Both the position numbers and the translations under genes were made by a program. A model generated the notes under the pieces. That model ran no database searches. It was given only the letters and a program-made list of their open reading frames with translations, and was not told the DNA's origin. 64,000 bases of DNA from Gordius albopunctatus (Eukaryota). Positions 13,501 through 25,340 of this stretch are shown here, one piece after another. Within the stretch, counting starts at the first letter, position 1; each line of letters begins with the position of its first letter. Location: assembly GCA_964276515.1 (NCBI GenBank), contig OZ193909.1:16430001-16494000 (forward strand), written 5' to 3'.

Positions 13501-16500
13501 CGGAGAACAAAAAAACGAGCCCATAAATTGCATAGCAATTAATACACATTTTTAGGGTAAAATAGTTTTTATATGTTTATGCTTTATGTTTATATTATAC
13601 CTTTAGTGCTATTTTCAGGCCGGCGTTATCGGCAAAGTTTTCGCTTAGCGTTTCAGCACCATCTACCTATAAATCAAATTTCTTTTTAATATTATGCCAA
13701 AGTAGATTCTCTTGTCCACTCCGATTATTTTAAATGTTATATTAAAATTTTAATAGGGCCAATACTGACCATTAAAATAATTTCAAAATTTTATTGTAGT
13801 TTTTTATTACTTTTATACATTCGTATGAATATGACGAATATTGTCTTTCGTAACAACGCAATCTCTCGAAAAATTTCTTCGTTGTATTATCGTTAATCCA
13901 TTCCCAATACTTCCCATTCTTGTCGTAAAATATGGCTTAGATGACACAAAACATTAATTATTACATTGTAGCCAATTCGGAACAAATACTTGCAAAAAAA
14001 TTTTACGATTTTTTTTCGATCTTTTATAATATTTCAAAATATTGTACTATTTACTTTGAGCATCAATGGTATGTATCACTTCGTGTGCCAGGGTTGTGCC
14101 CAATGAGCCGTAATTTATCGATCTAATCAGAGGTGAACAAGATATTTTAATTTAACAAACAGTAAAACTTAGAATATTAAAATATTAATTTCTATGCAAT
14201 TTATGGGCTCGTTTTTGGTTGTCCGTCGTCCGTCCGTCGTCCATCCACCAAGTTATTGGCGCCAGCTTTTTTTAAATTAAATTAATATATTGTTTTAACA
14301 CCATTGATAATATGACTTTTTGACCGTCCGCAGGCTACTGACCATTGAAAAAAATTACCATTGGCCAAATAAATCGAAATTTTTTGTTCGTTTTTGAATA
14401 GGTTAACATTGATAATTACCCTATACTTTTTAATAATTGCTATGCAATTTATCTAGTTTTTGGGTTAGAATCCCGGAGTTTTTTTTGACTATTATGATTG
14501 TTCCTGTTCCTACCATTGCTATTATGACTTTTTGGCCGTCCGCTGGCTGCTGACCAATGGAATAAAATAACCATAAGGCTGGCTCTACTAATGTGAGTTC
14601 GAATCCCGGAGAAGGCAATTTTTTTTAATTAAATCGAAAATTTGTATTAATAATTAACTAATTATTTTACATTTAATACCCCCCCCCCGCCTATAGGCAT
14701 TCTCACCCCTTCCCACCTTTCTCGCCCATAAATTGCATAGCAAATATGATACATTTATACGGAGTGTAGATGAGTTCCCCCTTCCCTCCCCTCCTCCCCT
14801 TCCCCCTTCCCACGAGGGCCGAAGGCCCGAGTTTTTTTTTAATTTTCATAGATGCTAAATATAGGGGAATTTTCTAAAAGTTTTATTTAATTTATACCTG
14901 GGATAATTAACATCGAATATTGGAGCTATCATCATACCATACGGAACACCTAAATAATTTTTAAGTTATTGGCTTTTAAAACTTTTACACTTACAAATAG
15001 TATTGGAGGCAAATAAGTGCTGCGCATTAGCTTCGTAGGCGTCTACATGCCATTCTCTAGCACAGAAAAATTTTTAATAGTATAAACTTTTAAATTTTTA
15101 TTTATTAATATTTTTTTAATTTGTGATTTGTATGAGATATATTTATGAATATAAAAGTGGCTAAATTTCCCTTCTTATACTTCATTCAATATTGTTTATT
15201 GATAAAATTCGAGGGGGGAGGGTCGGGCTTTAAACCGTGCAAGGCTAAATATTTTTTAAAATGTTTACTTTTTTAATTTAACGACGTTAACTTCTTTCAA
15301 GCTATATCAAAACTGCTATATCTATTTTCTTAAAAGTGCCGACAACGAATTTTGTTTTGTAAGATTATTGAAAATGATTGACGGCGAATTTTTATTTGTT
15401 TTATTTTTTGTCATGAGAAGCGAATCCCACCCAAAAACTTATATTGTTTAGTAAATTTTTGACAGAAAATTTTAACACTTTAATCAATTTCATTTATTAA
15501 GCGAAACTAAAAAAGGATTAACAAGAGGCCAGAATGTTAAATAACTATTGAGGGGGGCAGGGTATTTGTACTTAACATTTTTTATAAAGTAATAATTAAA
15601 AACTGTTGCTATACTTAATTATTTGTGGATTTTCTAAAATTGTTTGATAGTAGCGGGATATACGTAGGTGATTGGCTTTAATGGCGTTTCTAAAAAAATC
15701 ATTTTCAACGACATCTAACTAAAATAAAACATTTTAGCATGGATTATATTTTTTAAAAAGTTACTTTCGCAAATTTATTTTCCATCAATGCATCGTCCAT
15801 TGTAATTTTAGATGCACCATATTCAATTTTAACTGATTCGATCTAAATCCAAAATTACGCAATGACTATGGTGATGTTAAAAACCTTGTCAATTACGGCA
15901 TTTTTATCTTCAGTGGGCATCCAATATAAATTTCTCAGAGTAAAAATGAGGGATTTTCGAATTCTGTCAAACATGCTGTCAATCTTTTGCAAAAAATGTA
16001 AGATTTATTATATTGTAAAAGAATATATCTCTTCCCGTTATCATGATTTTCGCCAAATCAAAAATAAAATGATAATTTAGGGATCTTTAAAAAAAATAGA
16101 AATGACCAGTTTAATTTATATGTTTTTTTAAATTAATAAAAAACGATTAAATAATATTAAAGGCCAGCAGCTGTCATTAGCTAGCTTTGATTCGGCGGAA
16201 AAAACTCTTTTCAAACATAATGATTTTTTATTATATGCCTAAGTGCACAGGGCAGAGGATAGGACAAAGGACAGGTCATTTTTCACAGAAAGTGAGCTCA
16301 TAAAATGGATAGCAATTAAAAAGCGTTGTATTTAGGATTATATAATGTTAAGTTTGCAAAATTTAAAAATTTGTTCAAATGTATTTGGATTTATTTTTAG
16401 GTATGGTAAAATTACTATTTTGACTTCTGGGGTGAAATCTTTATGCTGAACAAAAACTCTAGACATGGTACCGGGCATTAGGTATTCTGTTATCTTTACA

Positions 16501-19500
16501 CAATATTCTTCTTTTGGCACATCGTACTTATAGGCTCTCATGTATTTAAGAGCTGGTCTTCTAAGCCTTCTGACGCCATCGGGCATATAATGGACCCAGT
16601 GATCGACAAAGGAGTACAGCAAATAGTTATTCAACATGCTATTAATTTTTATAAATTAATCTTTTTAGCCACTAATTATTATTATACTATTTTAGTTTAG
16701 GTTTGCTCAATCCATATTGCATAATACTATAAAGGTAAGTTGTGTATTCCATGGATTCTAATATGATTTGGAGACCTTTAAATTGAATGTCACGCTTTGC
16801 AAAAATGTCGTTGAAAAATTGAGTCCATTTCAACTTTTTTTTTACATAACACATTTTATAAATAATTAAAATATAATTATCATCTATAATAGTGAGGAAT
16901 AGCATTCATTTAAAACTATATTGTTGTAATTATGCATTAAATATGGGTAGAAAATAAGAAATAAATATTTGATTACGTATGGGTGAAATTTATCCATTTC
17001 GCTAATGTAAAAGGGTGTGAATTTTTCGTAATCTTCTTTTGCCTTGAGCTTTGCGGCGTTAAGGCCCTATTTCATTTAAAAATATATTGTTGAATTTAAT
17101 TTAAATTAATAGAAAGTAGAGCATGTGCATTTCAATTTCAAACTATAACTTTTCTTTCATTAGTTTGATATGTGTTCATGTGCGTAGGTTAGCATTGAGA
17201 TTAGAGGGGGGCAGTAATGATTTAGGGAGGGCAAAATGATCATTTTTTCAAATTTTAGCCATAATTTTAATAAATTTTGACATCTTTTTTTGGATTTAGA
17301 GAGGGCAGCTGCCCCTCCCTGCCCCCCTGGCTACACCCATGTATTTGTTTGACAATTTATTATATTTTTTAGCTATTATAAAAAAATTTATATTTAAAAG
17401 CTACTTCAAATATAGGCTATAAATTAATATAATAATCGAGCAACTTAGCGTTCATTCCTTCCGTTTTTATAACAAATATTTGCTTTTTTGTCAAATACTA
17501 GGGGTTCTACACTACCCTGCTTTAACAAACAATTTTGACTTACCCAGCCAAATATGATTTGTTATTAATTATAGCATTTTAAAGGTGAGATTTATTTGAT
17601 CATTTAGGAGTGCCACTTGAATGCCAGAGCAATAAGTAATTAAGGGCACGTTAAATATTATCTCCCAATCCCGAGGTCAACAGTTATTTACTTACTAGGT
17701 ATCGGATGTCCCCTACTACAGTATAAACTAATAATTTAGGTGTGCCCAATTTAAGCAAATAACTTGTCTTTCCCCTCTCCACGATGTATTTTTAAAGCAA
17801 ATTTAGGGGAAAAAACATTATTATATTACGTAATTTTTGAAAATTTTATCATTTCTTAAAATATAACTGTTTTATCAATGCTTTTAATTAGGCAAATCAT
17901 GCGTTAGGACCAGGAAAATATATAAGAAGTTATAGGCTTTCCTTTTTTAAATCAAAAATATTTGAAATCGGGGAGAGAATTCAACTCGCATAAAATGTCA
18001 TCTATAGCTATACTAATTTATGCTACATTAAATAATAAACTTATATGTACAATTTTCGTCTATCAATAATAAAAATATCTATTATTAATTCAAAATGTAA
18101 AGAAATAATTTAAATTATAACATCAAATAATCCATTTATATCACACAAAAATCAAACTCTAAGCATGTAACGGAGAGACATTGGTCCATAGGCGTTGTCA
18201 GCATTGGAATTAGAGGGGGGCAATAATGATTTAGGGAGGGGCAAAATGATCATTTTTTCAAATTTTAACCATAATTTTAATGAATTTAAAATAAATGGAT
18301 TTCCCCCTAGGTTACACCCATGCATTGGCCCCATATTAAGGCCGACTAAACACCCGTAAAATTGGCCAAGTCTGCCCGTGCCTGATGTTAGGTTAATCAA
18401 TTTGCCAACCCCGACCAAATAAAATATATTAATTTTTAAGTGGACCAGAGCCCGAACCCGATCTTAAACTCTTTTTTAACGAAGTGTAGTTTTCCAGATT
18501 AGTATTATCATATAAATATATATTTAAATTTGCTCTCTTGAGAAACAATAATAAATCGGAGCAGAAGTAATAATATCATTAATATGTGCTCAAAAGAACA
18601 AATGAAACTTATAATTTACAAAAATTTATATTATTATATTAAGTCATGAGGAAAAATTTGCTAAAACAAATTAATAATAAATATTTTTATTTTGCAAAGA
18701 TTTATTTTTTAAAATGTTTATTATTTAAGAAGATAAACTTTGACCTAAAGAAAATTATTTAACAATATCAGGAGCTCCTCCACTAATATCTGCATTATCT
18801 TACAATAATAATAATAACCGATTTAAAATTGATATAATTTTTATAAAATAATTTTCTAATAATTCAACTAAAAATTTGGTACATATTTTGCGGATTTATT
18901 TATTAAAGTCATATGTAATTTAGTGTGCTCTTTTTAAATTATTATTGATTAAATTATTAAATTTTCTATAGTTTAATCATTATACCTTTAATTTATATAT
19001 CATTCTACCTATTAGTATCGGTTTTATATTGTTAATTTTTTATATATTTTAGATTATACACCAAAATCGAGTTTACAATAAGGTTTGTTCAAATTATAGT
19101 TTTTTTTCTTTTGTTTACGGTCTAATTTTGTATTCACACCCATCCCAGCCCCCTCGATATGATTTATTAATAAAGCTATTATTCTATTATTAATAATTCC
19201 TATATAGGGGAAACCGGGCCTAGTCGTAGCCCGGGGTTACTTTTATCTTTCTAATTATTTTTTAAAATAATAATGATATTAAATCAAAATTTAAGCCATA
19301 TGTGTATTTTTCCATAAGGCATAATTAAAAAAATTTTTTTTTTAGAAAAAATAAAATTTAAATTTTTTATTCAGAAAAAACAATTTTTCGGGGCTATTAG
19401 TAGGCTTTACAAAAAAAATTATTTTGCAGATAAAAATTTTTGGCTGAATATTTTGGATTGATTTAACTTTTATCTTACAAAGGGAGATTTTTTATATAAA

Positions 19501-21082
19501 AACCGTCTAATGAATAAATTTTTATATGCAATATAACATCTTAAATTATTAATTGTTTGTGAAAATAAGGGTCGGGGCTAGTGGGAGAGGGGCTATTGCT
19601 AGCCATTTTTCATTGTGTCTTACAAATGACAAGATTTAAAAAACAAAAATTTTTGTTTAATAATAATCTAACTTAGTGTTATTTGGAATCGAAATTGACT
19701 ATGATTATACATTACAAAACGACTAAAAGTTATTTTCCATTGCTAAATCCGTCTTTAAGTGTTCCTATGTCAGATTGTCATCTTGACCCTTTTTTATTTG
19801 TTTTATATGACTAGCCCTGGGCATTTTCAAAATTTTTTTGATTTTTTTTAAAACTTAATTTGTGAGAAAACTAATACTTATTTCCCTCCAAACTTTTTTC
19901 CTGTAGTAAAAATAGACCTTAAAAATATATTCCAACAAAAAAATTGGCAAAATTGTTTTTAGTGTTTTTTAACGAGACTAAATTTTTTATGCCTAAAGTA
20001 GCCCCGGTCTCCCCTATTCTTATTCCTTTATTCCTTTATTATTGATTATAAGACATTGTTAAATGCCTGTTACATTTTAAAATTGATGATTCAAGTCTAA
20101 GTTAAAAAAAAAAAAAATTTAATCTCAGTAAACCGTTATAATTCCTTCTTCAACTTGGTATATATTTTCAACCGTTTCTTGATCAAACCCAAACAGGCCA
20201 TTCATAAGATCGTACATGTATTTTTTGTAGGCATCCGACGCCTCTTTATCTTCGTAAAATCGAAGGACATTCAACCTGGTAGCTGGCTTTCGGAGCACTA
20301 TAATATTTTTGGTAATCCTGTCGTAATTAGGTTGAATGTCAATTTCAAAAAATGCATTGATATCAGCCAAATCCGTCATGAGTGATTGAAAATCCCAAGT
20401 TCCATTAGCTATCATATCTCGGATGCCGCGCTGAAAAGCACCATGGTCTCCAGCCACAAAATGTGACGCTAAATTCGTCCATGCCCTCGGCTCAAACAAT
20501 TTTTCTGCTATAAGAGCCCGAGTGTGCCGGTCGATTTCAAAATGAAATTTATCTCGGTTTAAGCAAGATTCGTATAGAATTTGCCCTTTACTTTCAAACC
20601 CAAGTTGTTTAGCTCCTTCAGTGCCAGACTTCAATGCTTAAATATTTTATGTGTTTTTTTTGTAAATATTCAATTTTTATATCAGGTTTATATGTAAAAT
20701 GTTAGTTTTAATATGAAAAAAATAATGGTATACCCATAATCGACGCTATGGTATGTAAATTGTTTATAGAAACGACATCGAATTGGGATATATATTGCCT
20801 GGAATGGCTGAGATTCTTGGAGTAAGTGTTTGACCATTTATTACAAACTCTTTCATAATAACTTTTGCAGGGGTTTACGGATTCGTCTAATGAATTCTTG
20901 TAAAACCTTAGGCTTGCAGGTATATGAAGTTGTTCAAACAAATTCTTGCCTTCATAAAGTATTTTTATAATAAAACACGTTAAATTAAAATAAGTATTCT
21001 TACTTTTTGACGGTACACCTTCAATATATTGCGTTGTATAGACTATTAAAATTATATGAATTATTACATTAATATACATCAT
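1531..21082 (-). CDS. M13/neprilysin-family zinc metallopeptidase, 17 exons, 728 aa, predicted secreted
   Basis: Exons 21082-21004, 20949-20734, 20636-20134, 17066-16977, 16833-16688, 16638-16416, 15983-15885, 15842-15765, 15718-15615, 15056-14995, 14949-14898, 14122-14055, 13935-13811, 13666-13601, 5418-5323, 5248-5172, 1633-1531. All introns are GT-AG with consistent phases; total 2187 nt. Motifs: LDESVNPCKSYYERVCNKW, LNNYLLY, YWMPTEDK, SINYGSLGTTLAHEVIH (HExxH), TLSENFADNAG, MFFQAYAQ, EHTLPHLRVMGTLANS, KCELW*. Confidence 0.92.
1747..3121 (+). mobile_element. Non-autonomous hAT element with a transposase C-terminal dimerisation-domain remnant
   Basis: Ends CAAAGACCAG...TCTGACCTCTG, perfect 8-bp TSD ctctgaat (1739-1746, 3122-3129), GC-rich cgggc subterminal repeats, remnant YPKLARLTKTLFAIPATSAASERSFSIAG. 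Confidence 0.85.
2055..2219. mobile_element. hAT-type MITE of the CATGGGCGTAGCC...GGCTACGCCCATG poly-G family (representative copy)
   Basis: TIRs plus 8-bp TSD taaactgc. Related copies at about 3321-3456, 4912-5071, 17177-17341, 18187-18322, 46337-46508, 47687-47843, 48485-48653, 51126-51269, 61394-61465, 61870-62014. Confidence 0.85.
3156..3312. mobile_element. hAT-type MITE (TAGTGTTGTAAAAACGGC TIR family)
   Basis: TIR taatgttgtaaaaacggc / gccgtttttacaacacta, TSD gttgcatt/tttgcatt. Relatives at about 10372-10563 and 61730-62082. Confidence 0.75.
3939..4141. mobile_element. ~200-bp hAT MITE (TAGAGTTGTTAAATTGCTAAC TIR), copy 1
   Basis: ~30-bp TIRs; near-identical to copies at 4188, 21432 and 47977. 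TSD degenerate. Confidence 0.85.
4188..4388. mobile_element. ~200-bp hAT MITE, copy 2 (opposite orientation to copy 1)
   Basis: TIRs plus perfect 8-bp TSD gtgcttgg. Confidence 0.9.
5717..6170 (-). mobile_element. Truncated DINE-1/HINE-like element
   Basis: Terminal hairpin ctcgga/gccttcggccc, subTIR ttgctatgcaatttatgggc, and internal modules shared with the full copies. Confidence 0.7.
6860..8886 (-). mobile_element. DINE-1/HINE-like element interrupted by other (Helitron-like) sequence at about 7431-8480
   Basis: Hairpin end at 6860, subTIRs at about 6951 and 8865-8886, tRNA-like cassettes at about 7051-7159 and 8489-8590. A Helitron-like 3' end (caacgtttgccgggtcagctag) lies at about 8356-8377. 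Confidence 0.7.
9626..11017 (+). CDS. Seven-exon micro-exon gene for a 119-aa secreted prepropeptide, nested antisense in the M13 gene
   Basis: Exons 9626-9683, 9729-9767, 9813-9833, 9882-9938, 10209-10307, 10859-10884, 10958-11017 (all GT-AG, 360 nt). Translation: MIAALNYFIIFIFILSNLIECSSLRDLSVAEKKSGEAKRGGLWWWDIPFFPTNPTTPTTTSSNVTVAVFNCANIICPFGSLEFILPDGCKECRYWRGRRKRKAEEQDEGVDPAEFADFD*. AATAAA at 11078-11083. Confidence 0.8.
11230..11830 (+). mobile_element. Non-autonomous Helitron-like remnant
   Basis: 5' part atatataaag...tgtatgtatgt...gctaaattctgaaactacgggcccgatt resembles typical Helitron-N 5' ends; 11735-11820 is shared with 7775-7825 and 8250-8330. Confidence 0.45.
11912..13540 (-). mobile_element. 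Two adjacent DINE-1/HINE-like partial copies (about 11912-12528 and 12563-13540)
   Basis: Both end in ggacggacaa...cccataaattgcatagcaatt and contain tandem hairpin modules and tRNA-like cassettes. Confidence 0.75.
14187..14832 (+). mobile_element. DINE-1/HINE-like (Helentron-associated) element with both ends
   Basis: 5' subTIR (ctatgcaatttatgggc), (GTCC)n microsatellite, 3' subTIR gcccataaattgcatagcaa (14724-14743), stem-loop gggcc-gaa-ggccc (14816-14828), T-rich flank. This is the canonical DINE-1/HINE layout. Confidence 0.8.
19205..20016. mobile_element. Non-autonomous TIR DNA transposon
   Basis: TIR taggggaaaccggg / cccggtctccccta, with internal gggctattagtag-type subterminal repeats. 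Confidence 0.7.
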
Positions 21083-21431
21083 TAGGAGATAATATTAATA
21101 AAATTTATTAATCGGTTAAAAATAAGAAATTAGTGGCCACTTGAAATACATTTTTATCAAAATAACATTGCCTTGTGATTAACCAAATATTTGAAGAGAG
21201 AGAGTTTAATTTTAGAATGAAATATTTTGATTGCAAATGGGTTAAGTAAAATTAGGCATATCGTAAAAGATTGTAAATAAAACAGGATATATTTATAAGC
21301 CCCTCTTGTGAAATCGTTTTGATATCTGTTCAAATAAATTAGGAAGTATACAAGCTAAAATTTTAATTATAATGTATGAAGTGTTGGTAATTTCAAAGTA
21401 TAGATTAAGAGAGGCCGCTATATGAAATCGC

Positions 21432-21634
21432 TAGAGTTGTTAAATTGCTAACCTTCTTCAAACTCCAGACGCGAGCACTCACACTAAGTTGCTTAATATG
21501 CGCGTTAGCACAATATGTGCTCTCTGTTCGGTGCACTAGGTAGAACATTAGCATATAAAAATGCTCGAGGACCGAGCAGAAACTCGAGCAGATGGTAGCT
21601 GGAGTTGAAGAAAGTTAGCAATTTAACAACTCTA
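21432..21634. mobile_element. ~200-bp hAT MITE, copy 3 (about 350 bp upstream of the M13 start)
   Basis: TIRs plus perfect 8-bp TSD gaaatcgc. Confidence 0.9.
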
Positions 21635-23829
21635 GAAATCGCAAAGCTGTGTAATTGTAAGGTGATCTAGAGCCCTCAGGTTCGAAAATTTAATCAGGCC
21701 TCAGGCTCTGGTCGGCCCTGATTGGTCAGCCCAACCCGAGGCCCAGGCCCGGCCCGAGGCGAAATCTAGATAAAAGATTTTAAATTTATATTAAACAGCA
21801 AACAACTACTGGGACGCTCGCGAAGAGTGATAATTTTTTGAAAAAAACTTAATAGCTGGTATCCCTCGAAAATTTCGGATAGTTCTCTCAGACAATTGCT
21901 ATTGCAAAAACTAATTTTTATTGACAATGCAGGTTTTTTTATATTTTTCAAACCATAAATGTTTAGGCATGTTGAATAAAATATGAGTTGCCGCTAGGGC
22001 ATTTAAATAAATTTTAATATTATTATCGCATATTTATATCCTTAGCATTAATAAATAATATAAACATGCAGACTTAAAAAGTTTGATTAAGTAGTAAATA
22101 TGAATAAAGCATCTTTCAATTAAAAATTATATTATCCTGCATGTGATGATATTTTGAATCTTTAGTTAATTAATAAAAATAATTATATAAATTTGTCTAA
22201 AATAACTAAATGCTTCTGGAGCACCTCAGTGGCCCTGCCGAACGATTGCCTTCAACAGCATTAGATTAAATCATGAGTCTATCAGGAGTTTGTTATGCTT
22301 TAACCTAGACATAGTGAGAGAAGAGGGAGGGAATTAAGGTTATTATGGATAAATTTAATTATAAAATAAAGCAAATAAATTTATAGCCTTGTAGATTAAT
22401 CAATGATCTACAAGATTTTATAACTTTTCAATAATAAAAATGGAATGGGAAGATAGCCGTAAAAAACGTTAAAATGCATTTTACTTTAACCTCTAGTGAT
22501 GTTATGCGGCGCGCCATTTTACACCCACGCCTTAATAGAAAGAAAGAGACTAAGAAGCCACACCCTTATAAAGGTCCATCGTAATACGCGCTTGCCTAGT
22601 GTAAGGTCCCCCTTTTTTTACTAATTCCCTCCCCCATGGTCCTAAATTGTAGAAAATAGAACCGCCACATATGCCATTACATTATTCACATCAACCATCA
22701 CATTGATGAAACAAATAAGGCATGAGGGGGTAAATAGTACTTATTTACTTCTTTTTAACATTAAATAGCAACACTGTGGATAAAACAGTCGCGTAATTGA
22801 GGGGGGGAATTCCTGAGAAGTTTTTTGATTAATAACTAAATTAAATGGGTTAAAATATTACAGTTTAGTTACATCAAAGACTTTAAGACACTTATAAAAA
22901 CCTAGAAACATAAGAAGGATTTTTTGAATGAGGGGGTTATAAAATTTTCATCGTTATATTTTTTTTGTAATTATTTTTTGGATAAAAATATTTTTTTGAA
23001 ATCGAATGTTTGTTGTGCTTTTACTTGTTACAGATAAAAATTAGTCGAAAGAAAAAAATAATTTATAATTTGTGTAATAATTACAAGGGCTTAAGAACAT
23101 TGTATTTTTGGAAGGGCATAACAAAAACACCAAGCTTAGATACAATTTATTTGATATTGTAACCCTCCCTTCCCCTTATACCCCCCACCCCCAAAAAAAT
23201 TATACAACCCTGCGTACGCCCCTGGCTTAATTGTTATAGTAAAAGTTGAATATCCTGTCCGGTAATCGTTTCATATTAGCTTAGCAAAGTCTTTAATTTA
23301 ATATTAGTACACTTTATAGATAGGATAGCTTAGAGATTAACAAGTTTGACTTCACTGCTGGCACAACAACAGCGCACATCATGTTGATGATGATGACAAT
23401 AACAACTAGCTAATAACACCCCCTTAGCATATATCAAAGGGTCCATCGGGTCTCTATGGAAAAATAATAGACTAGCTAGTGGTCGGTATTCAACACACCC
23501 ACACTCAATGTCTTCACCAGAAAAGGAGACTAACAGTGTGGGTGTGGCTCTCTTTCTTAAGGCTATAATACCCCCTCAGCACACCCTAGGGCGCGCTATC
23601 TAGCGCGTCAATCACAACACTATTAACCTCATGTATTTCAGAATCTAGGGACTTTGGATCAAAAACATATATTGTTCAGCGTACAATATTTGATCATAAT
23701 TATTCAGATGATGGGATGGAATTAAGTCAATATTTGTTAACCGGTGATGGTGTCAAGCCTCTTGTATCATATAAGCGTTATAATCCTTGAAATAGTCAAT
23801 AACGAGTTGGGTTGACTTTTATTCAAGAG

Positions 23830-25340
23830 TAAGGAGCTGATGGAAAGGTGGACATATTATTTAAAGAAACTTGTGAAATGCAAATGACTAAGATATCCTT
23901 CCGATATTGAACCACCAAGCATAAGTATGGTCGAACATTTTCAGGAGGATGAAGTTAGGACAGGAATGAACTAGATGCAAAAAGGATAAGATTGTGCCCA
24001 TATGGAATTTCTATGGAAGCAGGTCGGATGCCGAAAAGAAGCAGTGACGACAAGATTTGCCCGGCCCGCTGCCCGCCCGGCCCACAGGGCGGGCCGGGCA
24101 ACTGTCGTAAGACCATGACAAGATTCGGGCTCAATTTTCTTTTTAAAATAATGTATTGTATTATATTGTTTTTGTTTATATTTTGCCACTTTTTAAAATT
24201 GATTTCATAATGTTTTTTAATCCTAGTTCTCATTTTAAAAAAAATAAAAAATTAAGATAAAATTTTAAAAAAATATAATGGTTTTAGTGCGAAAAATTTT
24301 AAAACACACCATTTCGGGCCGGGCAGTTCAGGCAGCTGGGATAATTCGGGCATTGCCGGGCGGACAAATAGAAGAGTTCGGGCGGGCAGATTAATTATAA
24401 AATCGGGCCGGGTTCGGGTAGAAAAATGCTAACAAATCTGACCTCTGGTGACGACCATGACGAACCATTTTAAGAAGATATTGGTAGAAGAGCGAATTCT
24501 TAATCAATAGAGGGCATTCACGATTATACCCTTATTCAAAAGTAAAGGGGAACCGCAGGAGTTACAAAGGGATAAAACTGACTTGCCACTCCTTGAAAAT
24601 CATGGAAAGGATTCTAGTAACAAGACAGAAAAATGAGGTAAAAATAACGGCTAACCAATTCGGATTTGTGGTTGGCAAATCCGCAATCGACCCAATCTTT
24701 GCACTAAGACAAGGGATGGATAAATATTAGGGAAAGAAAAAAACTTACATAGCCTTTATCGACTTGGAGAAATGTTATGGCATGGTCCCGCGATTTTCGA
24801 GATAATTATGGACACTATTCAAACGCCATCTCATGTGAAGAGACAAAAGAGAAAGTAGGAAAAGCTGAAACGTGGTCAAAGCGCTTAGCTAGATATGTTC
24901 AGGGCCAGAAATTGAAAAACGGTGTGCATGGAGATGAACGTTGCAGGCAGCCAATCGCTAGATGAACATATAAACTAGTCAGGTTTACATACCTCGGCTG
25001 GATGCTACATCAAGAGGGAGGTTGCACAACAGAAGTCAATGGCTAGATCCAAAAAGGATGGTTTAAATGGCGAAAAGGTGTAATGCGACAAGAATAGTCA
25101 ATATAGTTAAAGAGCAAAGCTTACAAATCCTTCGTACGACCTCTACTTTATGAAAGTGAAACATGGGTCACGCCACGAAGATGAATAAGTGACAGTCTCG
25201 GGTCAAAAATATGGATTCATCCTAGGGGAACGAGTGACGTGAATCGAAAAGTGTAGAACATGGAGATTGGAGATGCAGGGTAAGGGAGGAAGAAGACGAC
25301 TTCGTGTCACGTGGAAAAGGCAAGTAGACAAAGTGATGAA
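23830..25340 (+). pseudogene. Degenerate RTE-clade LINE (RT region)
   Basis: Frameshifted remnants ELMERWTYY, IIPLFKSKG, QFGFVVGKS..DPIFALRQ, AFIDLEK, FTYLG, GWFKWR. Confidence 0.75.
24052..24447 (+). mobile_element. hAT MITE (CAGAG...CTCTG family) inserted in the RTE; left TIR tip missing
   Basis: Right end aaatctgacctctg; TSD gtgacgac at 24044-24051 and 24448-24455. Confidence 0.8.

Noticed and set aside
23955..24233. GC-rich ORFs (PGPPCGPGG...) here and at 2867-3154 and 34878-35197
   Set aside because: They derive from hAT subterminal cgggc repeats, not collagen-like genes.
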